64,000 nucleotides of DNA from Candidatus Latescibacterota bacterium. Lineage in GTDB: Bacteria > Latescibacterota > UBA2968 > UBA8231. Made by a program: the position numbers and the translations under genes. Below the pieces are notes generated by a model. It ran no database searches. It had not been told where the DNA came from and worked only from the letters and a program-made list of their open reading frames with translations. This document shows, in pieces, positions 38,942 to 49,964 of the stretch (the stretch's first letter is position 1; each line of letters opens with the position of its first letter). The stretch is from the NCBI GenBank assembly GCA_965248265.1, contig CBDFJF010000002.1, positions 3,040,001 through 3,104,000 on the forward strand, read 5' to 3'.

Positions 38942-40930
38942 TTAACGCTTAACCCCACCTGTGTCGGAATCATCAACGACCTCAAAATCTGCATCCACCA
39001 CATTGTTGTCTTTTGCGTCATTGCCGTTCGGGCTCTCATCGGGCGCGTGCGGAGGCCCCTCTTGGGGCGCCCCCTCAGGCCCCTGCCCCTCTGGTGGCTG
39101 TTGCTGGTACATGATCTCGGCCAGCTTGTGAGAGGCCGTCTTGAGCTGCTCCAGGCCGGCGTCCAGGGCCGCCTCATCGAAATTCCCTTCGCCTGATTCG
39201 CCGTCAGACGCCCCCGCCAATACCTGCTTGATCTGCTCCAGGGCGGCCTCCACCGGCTGGCGGTCACCCTCTTCCAGCTTGTCACCCAGCTCCGTGAGGG
39301 TCTTCTCCGTCTGATACACCAGCTGATCGGCTTCGTTGCGCTTGTCGACCCGAGCCCGACGACGCTGATCCTCCTCGGCGTGCTGCTCGGCGTCCTTCTG
39401 CATCTGATCCACTTCCTCACTGCTCAGACCCGAAGAAGACTCAATGCGGATCGACTGCTCCTTGTCCGTGCCCTTGTCCTGCGCCGACACGTTCAAGATG
39501 CCGTTGGCGTCGATGTCGAAGGTCACCTCGATCTGGGGCGTGCCCCGAGGCGCCGCCGGAATGCCGTCCAGGTGAAACCGACCCAACGAGCGGTTGTCCC
39601 GGGCAAACTCGCGCTCCCCCTGCAGCACATGCACCTCCACCGAGGGCTGGGAGTCGGCGGCCGTCGAAAAGATCTGGCTCTTTTTAGTTGGAATCGTGGT
39701 GTTGCGCTCGATCAGCTTCGTCATCACCCCGCCCATGGTCTCGATGCCCAACGACAGCGGCGTTACATCCAATAGCAGCACATCGTCGACCTCACCCGAG
39801 AGCACCCCCGCCTGGATCGCCGCCCCCATGGCCACCACCTCGTCCGGATTCACCCCCTTGTGCGGCTCCCTCTCAAACAGCTCCTTCACCAGCGCCTGCA
39901 CCTTGGGCATGCGGGTAGAGCCCCCCACCAGGATCACCTCACCGATCTCGGAGGCCGACAGCCCCGCGTCCTTGATGGCCTGCTGGCAGGGACGCCGCGA
40001 GCGCTCCACCAGATCGTCCACCAGTTGCTCAAACTTGGCCCGCGTCAGGCTCATCTGCACATGCTTGGGACCCGTCTGGTCCGCCGTGATAAAGGGCAGG
40101 TTGATCTCCGTCTGGGAGGCCGACGACAACTCGCACTTGGCTTTTTCGGCCGCTTCCTTCAACCGCTGCAGGGCCATCGCGTCACTGCGCAGATCGATGC
40201 CCTCGGATCCCTTGAATTCATCCGCGATCCAGTCGATGACCCGCTGGTCGAAGTCGTCGCCGCCAAGGTGGGTGTCCCCATTCGTCGACTTGACCTCGAA
40301 AACGCCGTCGCCCAATTCAAGGATCGACACGTCGAAGGTGCCACCACCCAGATCATACACCGCGATCTTTTCAGAGTGACCCGCACCCTTGTCCAAGCCG
40401 TAGGCCAGGGCGGCGGCCGTCGGCTCGTTGACGATCCGCAACACCTCCAGACCCGCGATCGTGCCCGCGTCCTTCGTCGCCTGACGCTGGGAGTCGTTGA
40501 AGTAGGCCGGCACCGTCACCACTGCCTGCGTCACCGGCTCTCCCAAATAGTCCTCGGCCGTCTGCTTCATCTTCTGCAGAATCATCGCAGAAAGCTCTGG
40601 CGGGGTGTACTCCTTGCCGTCAATCTCGACCACGGCCTGGTCCCGAGACCCTTTGGAGACCGCGTAGGGGACCTCCGTCAACTCCTGGGCCACCTCATCG
40701 TGACGCCGACCCATGAAGCGCTTGATCGAGAATACCGTGTTGTGAGGATTCGTCACCGCCTGGCGCTTGGCCGTCTGGCCCACCAGACGCTCGTCATCCT
40801 TGGAAAAACCCACGATCGAGGGGGTCGTGCGGCCGCCTTCCGAATTCGTGATCACCTCCGGCTCCTTGCCCTCCATCACCGCCACGCAAGAATTCGTCGT
40901 GCCAAGATCTATGCCGATTACCTTTGCCAT
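38942..40930 (-). CDS. dnaK: Molecular chaperone DnaK
   Basis: [39 protein letters not shown]. Confidence 0.99.
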   Translation of the reverse strand: MAKVIGIDLGTTNSCVAVMEGKEPEVITNSEGGRTTPSIVGFSKDDERLVGQTAKRQAVTNPHNTVFSIKRFMGRRHDEVAQELTEVPYAVSKGSRDQAVVEIDGKEYTPPELSAMILQKMKQTAEDYLGEPVTQAVVTVPAYFNDSQRQATKDAGTIAGLEVLRIVNEPTAAALAYGLDKGAGHSEKIAVYDLGGGTFDVSILELGDGVFEVKSTNGDTHLGGDDFDQRVIDWIADEFKGSEGIDLRSDAMALQRLKEAAEKAKCELSSASQTEINLPFITADQTGPKHVQMSLTRAKFEQLVDDLVERSRRPCQQAIKDAGLSASEIGEVILVGGSTRMPKVQALVKELFEREPHKGVNPDEVVAMGAAIQAGVLSGEVDDVLLLDVTPLSLGIETMGGVMTKLIERNTTIPTKKSQIFSTAADSQPSVEVHVLQGEREFARDNRSLGRFHLDGIPAAPRGTPQIEVTFDIDANGILNVSAQDKGTDKEQSIRIESSSGLSSEEVDQMQKDAEQHAEEDQRRRARVDKRNEADQLVYQTEKTLTELGDKLEEGDRQPVEAALEQIKQVLAGASDGESGEGNFDEAALDAGLEQLKTASHKLAEIMYQQQPPEGQGPEGAPQEGPPHAPDESPNGNDAKDNNVVDADFEVVDDSDTGGVKR

Positions 40931-40997
40931 TGGGAACCTTCCTGATCGTATCGATCAATTGTATGTTGATTAATCCAGTTCTGTCTCCCAATCATTT

Positions 40998-41014
40998 AGC
41001 AAGGCCTGTACCAG
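40998..41014 (-). promoter_or_regulatory. Sigma54 (-24/-12) promoter of dnaK
   Basis: CTGGTACAGGCCTTGCT matches TGGCAC-N5-TTGC with one mismatch. Confidence 0.7.
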
Positions 41015-41318
41015 ATCGGAACTATGTAATTTAATATGTTGTTAATAAATGTGTTACGGTCATAGATCCAATTAAGGAGCGTCTAATCTTAGTATCGAAC
41101 TGATGCCAATATGACCACGATGAGTGCCATATAGGCATTAAACCGGCAAGTGAAGCGTCAGAAACGGCTGGATGAACACACCGCACCGGGGACTCACTCG
41201 TTGACAGTGTTTTCCGGCACCGGTTAGTTTGGTGCGAGGGAATCACTCTTCAACAGGCGATTCCCCAAGTCCATCCGCGGCCAAGGCCTCACGAACCCTA
41301 TCAAAAAGCAGCCTCGAC

Positions 41319-43340
41319 TTGGGAGCCTTCAAACTCGAATCGGAGTACCAACCCAAGGGTGATCAGCCCAAGGCGATAGATGAGCTCGTGGAGGGGCTCA
41401 CAAGGGGGGATCCCGCACAGACCCTGCTCGGGGTTACCGGAAGCGGCAAGACGTTTACGATCGCCAACGTCATCGAGCGCGTCGATCGACCTACCCTCGT
41501 CATGTCTCACAACAAGACGTTGGCGGCCCAGTTGTACGGCGAATTCAGCGGTTATTTCCCCGAAAACGCCGTCGAGTACTTCGTCAGCTACTACGACTAC
41601 TACCAACCAGAGGCCTACAAGCCCAGCACCGACACCTATATCGAGAAGGAGATCGATCTCAACGAGGAGATTGAACGCCTGCGGCTCAAGGCGATGAGTG
41701 CCTTGCTCGAACGCCGGGATGTCATCATCGTGGCCACTGTGTCCTGCATCTACGGCCTGGGATCACCGCAGGAGTTTGCTGAGCAGAAGCTGCACTTGAG
41801 CATCGGCCAACAGGTGGAGAGGGATGCCATCCTGCGCAAGCTCATCAAGGTCTACTACAGCCGCAATGACCTGGAACTGAAGCGGGGCCATTTCAGGGTT
41901 CGCGGCGATATCATCGAGATCGTTCCGGCGTCTGATGATCGGGCCATACGTATTGAGCTGTTCGGAGATGAGGTCGAATCGTTGTCACTGATTGACGCGG
42001 TCTCCGGGGCTGTACTGGAAAAACGCGAGGAGGTCGTTCTGTATCCGGCCAAGGAGTACGTGACTGACGACGACAAGATCGAAAGGGCCTGTGAGGGCAT
42101 TCTGATGGAGCTCGAGGGTCGTCGGATGGACCTCCAGGAGGAGGAGAAGCTGGTAGAAGCCCACCGGATAGAAACGCGGACGAAGTACGATGTCGAGATG
42201 ATCAGGGAGATCGGTTACTGCCCCGGCATCGAGAACTATTCCCGCTACATGGACGGACGGGAACCGGGCGTTGCACCCTTCGTGCTGCTCGACTACTTCC
42301 CTGAGGATTTCCTGCTGGTCGTCGACGAATCGCACCAGACCATTCCGCAGAGCCGAGGTATGTGGAGGGGCGACCGCTCGCGCAAGGACATGCTGGTTGA
42401 GCATGGATTTCGACTGCCCTCGGCGTACGACAACCGGCCCCTGTTCTTCGAGGAGTTCGAAGCCCGGACGGGACAAACCATCTATCTCTCAGCCACCCCT
42501 TCAAAGTATGAATTCGAAAAGTCAGAGGGCGTCGTCGTGGAGCAGGTCAATCGGCCGACAGGGCTGGTCGATCCGGAGATCATCATCAAGCCACTCGGCA
42601 ACCAGGTGGATGACCTGATGGAGGAGATCCGCATCCGGGCACAAAAAAAGGAACGCGTCCTGGTCACGACGCTGACCAAGCGGATGGCGGAAAAACTCAC
42701 CGACTACCTGAGCCAGAACGGCCTGCGGGTGCGCTATCTGCACTCAGAGATCGATACGCTGGAACGAGTCAGCATTCTCCGCGACCTCAGGTTGGGGGAA
42801 TACGACACGCTCATTGGGGTAAACCTGCTGCGAGAGGGGTTGGACCTGCCGGAAGTTTCCCTCGTCGCTATCCTGGACGCGGACAAGGAGGGGTTCTTGC
42901 GTTCAGAGCAGGCGCTGATTCAGAACGTCGGGCGGGCGGCCAGGAACGCCTCCGGAAAGGTCATCTTCTACGCGGACAAGATCACCAATTCGATGCGGCG
43001 GGCCATGGATGAAACTGACCGTCGTCGAAAGATTCAAGCGGAATACAACGCTGAACACGGCATCGTGCCCGAAACGATTTACCGCACGACGGAAGAAATC
43101 ATGCAGGCGACGTCCGTCCTTGAAACCGCCAGAGATCCGGTTATGTACGCCGCCGAAGAGTCGACGCAGGCGGACTACAGTGCCGACACGGAAGTTGATG
43201 ATCTGATTGAGCAGCTCGAAAAGAAGATGAAGGAGGCCGCCGCTGCGTTGGAGTTCGAGCGGGCAGCGCAATTGCGGGATGAGGTCGATCGGCTCAGGGC
43301 AGGAGGGAAGGGTGGCGGCAAGGGCAAGAAGGCGGGCTGA
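41319..43340 (+). CDS. uvrB: Excinuclease ABC subunit B
   Basis: [38 protein letters not shown] and a C-terminal UVR domain. ORF is open from 41229; TTG 41319 preferred because a TTGACA promoter lies at about 41201. Confidence 0.98.
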   Translation: MGAFKLESEYQPKGDQPKAIDELVEGLTRGDPAQTLLGVTGSGKTFTIANVIERVDRPTLVMSHNKTLAAQLYGEFSGYFPENAVEYFVSYYDYYQPEAYKPSTDTYIEKEIDLNEEIERLRLKAMSALLERRDVIIVATVSCIYGLGSPQEFAEQKLHLSIGQQVERDAILRKLIKVYYSRNDLELKRGHFRVRGDIIEIVPASDDRAIRIELFGDEVESLSLIDAVSGAVLEKREEVVLYPAKEYVTDDDKIERACEGILMELEGRRMDLQEEEKLVEAHRIETRTKYDVEMIREIGYCPGIENYSRYMDGREPGVAPFVLLDYFPEDFLLVVDESHQTIPQSRGMWRGDRSRKDMLVEHGFRLPSAYDNRPLFFEEFEARTGQTIYLSATPSKYEFEKSEGVVVEQVNRPTGLVDPEIIIKPLGNQVDDLMEEIRIRAQKKERVLVTTLTKRMAEKLTDYLSQNGLRVRYLHSEIDTLERVSILRDLRLGEYDTLIGVNLLREGLDLPEVSLVAILDADKEGFLRSEQALIQNVGRAARNASGKVIFYADKITNSMRRAMDETDRRRKIQAEYNAEHGIVPETIYRTTEEIMQATSVLETARDPVMYAAEESTQADYSADTEVDDLIEQLEKKMKEAAAALEFERAAQLRDEVDRLRAGGKGGGKGKKAG

Positions 43341-43366
43341 CCCATGGGGCCGGACTCATAACGACG

Positions 43367-43410
43367 ACGACGGCAGATAGGGACGTGATCCGTCCGCCAC
43401 CTGCCGTCGT
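43367..43410. terminator. Hairpin between convergent genes
   Basis: ACGACGGCAG...CTGCCGTCGT with an inner GGACG/CGTCC stem. Confidence 0.5.
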
Positions 43411-43440
43411 GAAATTGGTGTGATGTTTCTTGGCTGACGC

Positions 43441-44142
43441 CTAGGCCGTCACCTGCTGCCCACGACGCATGACCATCTTGATCCGTGCGCTCAACTCCTC
43501 CAGGTCGAAGGGCTTCTCGACGTAGTCATCCGCGCCAAATTCAATTCCCTTCACTTTCTGGGGAGTCGTGTTCAGGGCCGTGATCATGATGATGGGGATC
43601 ACGGAGGTGATCGGGTTGCCTTTCAGGGTCTGGCACACCTGATAACCGTCTACCTTGGGCAGCCTGAGATCGAGCAGGATCAGGTCGGGTTTTTCGGTAA
43701 AGGCTTTAGCCAGGGCTTCCTCGCCATCGCCAGCTTCTGCGATAACGAAGCCTTTGGTCTCCAGGAACTCTCCGACGCTGAGTCGAACCTCCTCCTCATC
43801 GTCGACGATGAGTACGCGGGGAGGCCGGTTCGAGTCCGCCCCCGGGCTGCCTGGAGCAGGCATTCCAGAGCCAGGTTGACCCGTCATCGTGGCAGGCATC
43901 AGATCCTGTCTGGCCGCGGTGAGCTGGTCGGCGATCTGTGACAGAGATAGTCCCTTGAGGCGAAGATCTCTGAGGCGTTCGCGGATCTTGAGGATCTCAT
44001 CCTTGTCGAACAGATCCTTGTTACCCCGTTTATCAGTAACCCTTATGATTCCGAAGTTCTTGTACTTTCGGATGGATTCGACCGACTTACCGAGTGTTTC
44101 CGCAACTTCTTTAATATCAATAAGTTGTTCACTAATTGGCAT
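43441..44142 (-). CDS. MerR-type HTH fused to a response-regulator receiver
   Basis: IKEVAETLGKSVESIRKY...GLSLSQIA, then LIVDDE...LLDLRLPKVDG...EKPF. Confidence 0.88.
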   Translation of the reverse strand: MPISEQLIDIKEVAETLGKSVESIRKYKNFGIIRVTDKRGNKDLFDKDEILKIRERLRDLRLKGLSLSQIADQLTAARQDLMPATMTGQPGSGMPAPGSPGADSNRPPRVLIVDDEEEVRLSVGEFLETKGFVIAEAGDGEEALAKAFTEKPDLILLDLRLPKVDGYQVCQTLKGNPITSVIPIIMITALNTTPQKVKGIEFGADDYVEKPFDLEELSARIKMVMRRGQQVTA

Positions 44143-44398
44143 GGCGTGTCTCCTCGCAGACTTCCGGTTCCCGGGGAGCCAGGGCCACCGCAGCATACGC
44201 AATGGATGTAAGTATTATTTTGGACACTACCCGGATGGCAACCCTACCCAATGTATTGGCTCTGTAGAATTATACCAAATAGTAGTGTTTGACGTCAAGT
44301 CATTGCTCGTAAGTATTATCGGCAGGTAAGGGCCTTTGTTTAGTTTTTGCGGGCATTTAGCATCAATCGGACTCTCCGTCATCGTCAGGTGATTCAGA

Positions 44399-44427
44399 TT
44401 GACTGGGCGGTTGTGCCTGATTAAATT
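44399..44427 (+). promoter_or_regulatory. Sigma70-type promoter
   Basis: TTGACT-N17-TAAATT upstream of the ABC ATPase. Confidence 0.5.
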
Positions 44428-44521
44428 GAAGGCCGCTTAACAAGACACCACCTCAATTCGGTCGCGAGGCTTTTCGTCGCTTCGCGGTTTGCCCTCTTAA
44501 GTCAGTGAACTAAAACAGGTT

Positions 44522-45277
44522 ATGTCCGAGAGCAACGGCAGGGTCATAGTCGATGTCCAGGACGTCCGGATGGTGTACAATGCCAAGAACCGGGATGAAT
44601 CGACGCATGTACACGCACTGAGGGGATTGACCTTACAGGTCCATCAGCAGGAGTTCTTCGCCATCATGGGTCCCTCAGGCTCAGGTAAGAGCACTCTTTT
44701 CAATCAGATCGGCGCCCTGCAAACGCCTACCTCTGGTGAAGTTCTGATCGAAGGGGTCAATCTCGCGGCACTTTCCCCCAAGCAGCTGGCCGCCGTGAGA
44801 TGCTTCGAACTCGGATACATCTTCCAGACCTACAACCTGCTGCCGGTGATGAGTGCACTAATGAACGTGGCGCTGCCGACGATCTTCGCGGGAATGAGCA
44901 CGGCGGAGGGCGAAAAGCGGGCGATGGAGTGTCTGGAGATCGTCGGACTGGATGATCGGGCCCACCATATACCCTCCGAACTCAGCGGCGGGCAGCAGCA
45001 GCGTGTGGCCATCGCCAGGGCGTTCGTGAACAAACCGCGGATCATCCTGGCTGATGAGCCGACCGGCAACCTGGACAGCAACACGGGCCAGGAAATCATC
45101 AATTATATGAAGACGCTGAACGAAGAGACCGGGACCACCATCATCACGGTCACCCACGACGACAAGATGCTCACGGCCGCCGACCGCATGGGCTGGATTC
45201 GAGATGGCCAGTTAGAGCGGATCGCCCTGCGCGACGAGATCGACATCCGCATGGGCAGCATCAAAGAGCAGGCATAG
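44522..45277 (+). CDS. ABC transporter ATP-binding protein (LolD/MacB-like)
   Basis: [29 protein letters not shown]. Confidence 0.93.
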   Translation: MSESNGRVIVDVQDVRMVYNAKNRDESTHVHALRGLTLQVHQQEFFAIMGPSGSGKSTLFNQIGALQTPTSGEVLIEGVNLAALSPKQLAAVRCFELGYIFQTYNLLPVMSALMNVALPTIFAGMSTAEGEKRAMECLEIVGLDDRAHHIPSELSGGQQQRVAIARAFVNKPRIILADEPTGNLDSNTGQEIINYMKTLNEETGTTIITVTHDDKMLTAADRMGWIRDGQLERIALRDEIDIRMGSIKEQA

Positions 45278-45309
45278 ACGAACAGGGCGGGCGCCCCCGT
45301 CGGCCTGTC

Positions 45310-46230
45310 TTACCCACGATTTTTTCGCTTCAATCCCTCTTGCAGGAATAGATCCCGGTTCCGGAAGCCGCTGGCCAGGGTAAATCCTCCGTCCACGGCA
45401 ACCAGCTGGCCGGTCATGAACGGGATGTTGGCGAAGGCGTAGGCCGCCTCGGCGATTTCGTCCGGAGTGCCGATGCGCTGAATAGGCTGTGCACCGCCAA
45501 CGGCCATCAGTTCGTAGGTCTGTGCCACGGTCAGTTCCTCTCCCGACTGCGGATCCACGATGCCGGAGGGCCGATCCGTGAGCGGGGTATCGACTACACC
45601 CGGTCGCAGGGCGTTAACGGTGACATTGTAGCGCCCGCCCTCGAGTGCAGCGCCGGTGACCAGATGGTTGACCGCGGCCTTGCTGACGCCGTAGGGGATT
45701 CGTGTGGATTCGGGAGCCACATCGAAAATGGAGGTTATGAAGAGTATGCTGCGATGTGCTGCAGGGCCGCGCTGACTTGCGTGCTCGCTCTTCGCCTGTT
45801 CGATCATGCGTTGGAGTGAACGCTGCCCCAGGCGGTAGGCTCCCATCAAATTGAGCGACAGCACTTGCTCCATCTCGGCATCGAGGTGCTCGATGGGGGT
45901 TTCGTCGAAGCGATGACGCACGAGCTCGCCGGAACTGTCACGCAGGTAGTTGGCGACGCCGCTGTTGCTGACGGTTACGTCGAGGCGGCCGAAGTGATCG
46001 TAGGCCGCGTCCACGAGTCGGTGGGGTTCGTCGCGTTGGGAGAGGTCAGCTCCGACCACGAGGGTCTCAACACCGTGTGTGTCGCGAATCTGTTGCGCCA
46101 CAGCCTCGGCGCGATCGGCGCCTGAATTGTAGTTGATGACGACGTCGTAGCCCTGGCGGGCGAAGGTTCGAACGGTCGCTGCGCCGATGCCGCTACTGGA
46201 TCCCGAGACCAGACAGACCAGGTTAGACAA
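45310..46230 (-). CDS. SDR family oxidoreductase
   Basis: SGSSSGIG, YGVSK, VNALRPG, TGQLVAVDGG. Confidence 0.9.
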   Translation of the reverse strand: MSNLVCLVSGSSSGIGAATVRTFARQGYDVVINYNSGADRAEAVAQQIRDTHGVETLVVGADLSQRDEPHRLVDAAYDHFGRLDVTVSNSGVANYLRDSSGELVRHRFDETPIEHLDAEMEQVLSLNLMGAYRLGQRSLQRMIEQAKSEHASQRGPAAHRSILFITSIFDVAPESTRIPYGVSKAAVNHLVTGAALEGGRYNVTVNALRPGVVDTPLTDRPSGIVDPQSGEELTVAQTYELMAVGGAQPIQRIGTPDEIAEAAYAFANIPFMTGQLVAVDGGFTLASGFRNRDLFLQEGLKRKNRG

Positions 46231-46325
46231 GGCGGCTTCAGTTTCTCATGGATGGGTGAGAAAGTAGCAACGAATGCGATCTCCTCGACAGCGGATGGGC
46301 CTGAGTCGGGCGCTGGTGGTTGGTT

Positions 46326-47360
46326 CTAGGGCGTCAGTACGACCTTCAGTGCTTCCAGGTTTTCCGCAGCCGCGAACCCCTGTTCCCATTCGGACAGCGG
46401 TAAGCGATGCGTGATAATCGGCTCCACGTCGATCTTGCCGTCGGCGATCATCCAGATCGTCTTGTCCCAGCTCGAATACCCTGTCGACAGATTGAAGTAG
46501 AGGGTCGCAACCTTGGTGATGCCGACATCCCAGTCCAATTCCACGGGTCGGTTTCCGGTGAGTCCGATCGCACAGATTCGACCCCACCGTCGCACCAGGT
46601 GGAGGGTTTGGGCGATCGCCTGCGGCGCTCCAGAGCACTCGACTACCAGGTCTGCTCCGACGCCGTCAGTCAATTCCAGACATTTCTCCAGGGGATCTTC
46701 TTTGCCGAAATTGACCACATGATCGACGCCCAGCCTGCGTGCCGCAGGCAGGCGCAGATCCTCGTCCGCGGGCGCGCCGATCATCATCACTTCCCTGGCT
46801 CCCGCTACTTTGGCTGTCTGAGCAGCCAGCAGGCCGATCGGACCCGGCCCCTGCACGACGACGAAATCGCCCACTTCGATTGCCTGCCGGTCGATGATAT
46901 GGCTGACCGTGTTCGCAGCCGGCTCGACGAGGGAGGCGTGCTCGAACGGCATGTGTTCGGGGATTCGGTGCAGTAGATGGGTAGGGTATTTCAGGTATTT
47001 GGTGAACGCCCCGTCGATGCCGCTGCCAGGCGGACGCTTGTCCACACAGTTCTGAATGTAGCCCCGCCGGCACAGTGAGCACTTGCCGCAGTGCAAGGTA
47101 TGCGGCTCTCCTACGACCCGGTCTCCGACTTGCCAGTCATCGATATTCTTACCGGTCTCGACGATTTCGCCAGCAAACTCGTGGCCCAGGATGACAGGAG
47201 GCCAGTTGGGGAAGGTATCGTGCTTGAGATGAATATCTGAACCGCAGATGCCCGTCGCTTTGACCTCGATCAGAACTTCATCGTCCGTGATCGACGGCTC
47301 AGGCACGTCGCGCAATTCAAGATGCCCCTCGCCCTTCGCTGTTTTGACAAGCGCCAACAT
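46326..47360 (-). CDS. Zn-binding dehydrogenase (iditol/threonine dehydrogenase-like)
   Basis: GICGSD, GHE, CGKCSLC, GPGPIG. Confidence 0.92.
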   Translation of the reverse strand: MLALVKTAKGEGHLELRDVPEPSITDDEVLIEVKATGICGSDIHLKHDTFPNWPPVILGHEFAGEIVETGKNIDDWQVGDRVVGEPHTLHCGKCSLCRRGYIQNCVDKRPPGSGIDGAFTKYLKYPTHLLHRIPEHMPFEHASLVEPAANTVSHIIDRQAIEVGDFVVVQGPGPIGLLAAQTAKVAGAREVMMIGAPADEDLRLPAARRLGVDHVVNFGKEDPLEKCLELTDGVGADLVVECSGAPQAIAQTLHLVRRWGRICAIGLTGNRPVELDWDVGITKVATLYFNLSTGYSSWDKTIWMIADGKIDVEPIITHRLPLSEWEQGFAAAENLEALKVVLTP

Positions 47361-47404
47361 GACGAACCCCCGCTGCCGACGAGATCAGTTCCTGATCGAC
47401 GTGG

Positions 47405-48385
47405 TCAGTTCCTGATAGACTGAACCACCTCGACGACGCGGTCGACGTCCGGAATGGTGGGCATCTCCAGGGGCGGACTGAACGGTACCGGAATCTCGGC
47501 GGCGCCCACGCGTTTCACAGGGGCATCCAGGTAGTCGAAGGCCTCTTCGCTGACAAGGGCGACGAGCTCGCCGGTCACGCCGTAGCGCAGCACGCCTTCG
47601 TCGACGACGACGGCGTAGCCGGTTTTGCGGACGGACTCGATGAGAGTCTCCTTGTCGAGCGGGAACAGGGTGCGTGGATCGACGACTTCGGCGCTTACTC
47701 CCAGGGCTTCCAGCCGTTCCGCCGCTTCCAGGCACACTCCCACCATGCTGGATGTCGCGATCAGGGATACGTCGGTGCCGCTGCGCTTGATTTCAGCCAC
47801 ACCGAACGGAATCGCGAGATCCTCGTCGGGGACCGGGCCGACGTCGTTGTACATCATCTTGTCCTCGAAAACGACCACGGGATTGTCGTCGCGGATGGCC
47901 GTCTTGAGCAATCCCTTGGCGTCTCGCGGACAGGAAGGGATCGCTACCTTGAGTCCCGGGATGTGGGCGTACATGCTGTGGAAGCTCTGCGAGTGCTGTG
48001 CTGCAGAAGATCGACCTGCACCCATGGTGGTGCGGATCGTCAAGGGCACCGTGGCCTGTCCACCCGTCATGTAACGGATTTTCGCGGCTTGATTGATCAG
48101 TTGGTCCATCGTCAGGAGCGAGAAGTCGCCGAACATGATTTCGGCGATCGGCCGCATGCCCGTCATCGCGGCGCCCACGGTCATGCCGACGTAGCCGGCC
48201 TCCGATATCGGCGAGTCGATGACCCGCTCCGGACCAAACTCGTCCAGCATGCCATCACTGCATTTGAAAATCCCGCCTGATCCAGCGACGTCTTCGCCAA
48301 CCAGAAAGACGGTCTCATCGCGGCGCATCTCTTCGGTCATGGCTAGCCCAACCGCTTCGCGGTAGGTGATATCGACGTCAGGCAT
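47405..48385 (-). CDS. 2-oxoacid/acetoin dehydrogenase E1 beta subunit
   Basis: GEDV, DSPISE, AAQHSQS, DAPVKRV. Confidence 0.93.
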   Translation of the reverse strand: MPDVDITYREAVGLAMTEEMRRDETVFLVGEDVAGSGGIFKCSDGMLDEFGPERVIDSPISEAGYVGMTVGAAMTGMRPIAEIMFGDFSLLTMDQLINQAAKIRYMTGGQATVPLTIRTTMGAGRSSAAQHSQSFHSMYAHIPGLKVAIPSCPRDAKGLLKTAIRDDNPVVVFEDKMMYNDVGPVPDEDLAIPFGVAEIKRSGTDVSLIATSSMVGVCLEAAERLEALGVSAEVVDPRTLFPLDKETLIESVRKTGYAVVVDEGVLRYGVTGELVALVSEEAFDYLDAPVKRVGAAEIPVPFSPPLEMPTIPDVDRVVEVVQSIRN

Positions 48386-49439
48386 AAACATCCTCGTAGG
48401 CTTGTTCGGGGGCCGGCAGTGGGGCGTTGCGTCCGAACTCAACCGCGTTCACGACTTCCTCCTCCACCTTCTCCTCCAGCGTGTCGAGCCGGCCCTGAGT
48501 GGCCAGCTTCGATGCAATCAAATGGCTGCCGAGCTTGCTGATGGGGTCCTTGTTCTCCATCCACCAGTCCAGCTCCTCCTTGGTCCGGTAATTGCCTCCA
48601 TCGCCCACGTGGTGGCCACGGAAGCGGTAGGTGACGGCCTCCACGAAAGTGGGCCCGTCACCCCGACGGGCCTTTTCCACTGCCGTTGAAATCACGTCAT
48701 ACATTTCGAGCACGTCCGATCCGTCTGCTTGCACGCCTTCGATGCCAACGCCGGATGCACGCTCAACAATGTGCTCCACCCCGGTGACCGTGTTCATGGG
48801 TGTGTGTTCGCCGTATTGATTGTTCTCGCACAAATAGATCACCGGGAGCTTCCAGATGGAAGCCATGTTGCCCGTTTCCAGTAACAAACCCTGATTGGCG
48901 GCGCCGTCACCGAAAAAGCAGACGGCGACCTGGTCCGTGCCGCGCATCTTCGCCGACCAGGCGGCACCGGTGGCGATGCCGAAGCTGCCGCCGACGATGG
49001 CGTTGGCCCCGAGGTTACCCCCTGACATGTCGGCGATATGCATGGACCCGCCTTTGCCGCGGCAATAGCCGGATTCCTTGCCCATGATTTCCGCCATCAT
49101 CTTGTCCAGGTCGGCACCCTTGGCAAGGCAATGACCGTGGCCACGGTGGGTGCTGGTGATGTAGTCGTCGTTGCGCAAGGCCGCGCACGCACCCACTGCC
49201 ACGGCCTCTTCGCCAATGTACAGATGGGCCAGACCCGGCATCAGTCCACGTGTGTAGACGTCCCAGACGTGCTCCTCGAATTTGCGGATCTCTATCATCT
49301 TGCGGTACATCCAATGGAGCCTGTCCGCGTCCGGTGTCGCGCCGCGGGCAGCTGTCTTTCTCGCCGCTGCAGGCTTGCGCCCGCTAGCGGTTTTCTTCCT
49401 GGCCGCGGATTTCTTCGATGTTTTTTTCCTTGTCGCCAT
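48378..49439 (-). CDS. 2-oxoacid/acetoin dehydrogenase E1 alpha subunit
   Basis: HLYIGEEA, STHRGHGH, GKGGSMH, ThDP motif GDGA...NN, YRFRGH. Confidence 0.93.
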   Translation of the reverse strand: MATRKKTSKKSAARKKTASGRKPAAARKTAARGATPDADRLHWMYRKMIEIRKFEEHVWDVYTRGLMPGLAHLYIGEEAVAVGACAALRNDDYITSTHRGHGHCLAKGADLDKMMAEIMGKESGYCRGKGGSMHIADMSGGNLGANAIVGGSFGIATGAAWSAKMRGTDQVAVCFFGDGAANQGLLLETGNMASIWKLPVIYLCENNQYGEHTPMNTVTGVEHIVERASGVGIEGVQADGSDVLEMYDVISTAVEKARRGDGPTFVEAVTYRFRGHHVGDGGNYRTKEELDWWMENKDPISKLGSHLIASKLATQGRLDTLEEKVEEEVVNAVEFGRNAPLPAPEQAYEDVYA

Positions 49440-49615
49440 AACCGCTCAGTCTGTGTGGTAACGGGTAGATTCGATAGGGGAGCGCAGGACAAACGAAGAT
49501 AGATCCTGACGCTGTATCGTCAAGATGATACTGAAGCCGCGAGGCCCTACGACACCAAAAAAGCAGCGGCATCGCCGCTGCTTCAGTCACCGCCGAGGCG
49601 CATACTCAACCGTGC

Positions 49616-49873
49616 TCAGGCATTCTTCTCTTTGAAGTATTTAGCGTTGATCTCTAAATAGTTGTTCCACTCTTCGGGCAGGTCTTCTTCAGCGAAGATG
49701 GCTTCGACCGGGCATTCCGGTTCGCAAGCCCCGCAGTCGATGCACTCATCCGGGTCGATGTAGAGCATGTTGACGCCTTCGCCGTCCGTGGGATGAATGC
49801 AGTCCACCGGGCACACCTCGACGCACGCCTTGTCCTTCACATCGATGCAGGGTTCCGCGATGATGTACGTCAT
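49616..49873 (-). CDS. Dicluster (7Fe-type) ferredoxin
   Basis: [19 protein letters not shown] and [12 protein letters not shown]. Confidence 0.95.
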   Translation of the reverse strand: MTYIIAEPCIDVKDKACVEVCPVDCIHPTDGEGVNMLYIDPDECIDCGACEPECPVEAIFAEEDLPEEWNNYLEINAKYFKEKNA

Positions 49874-49964
49874 CTCTTCTTCCTATTACCCCTTCTTGAA
49901 GGTTAAGCTCTCGGCTTCAGTCATATAAAACAACGGGAGTTCGCGCTGTCAAGCGGTGGGCCGC

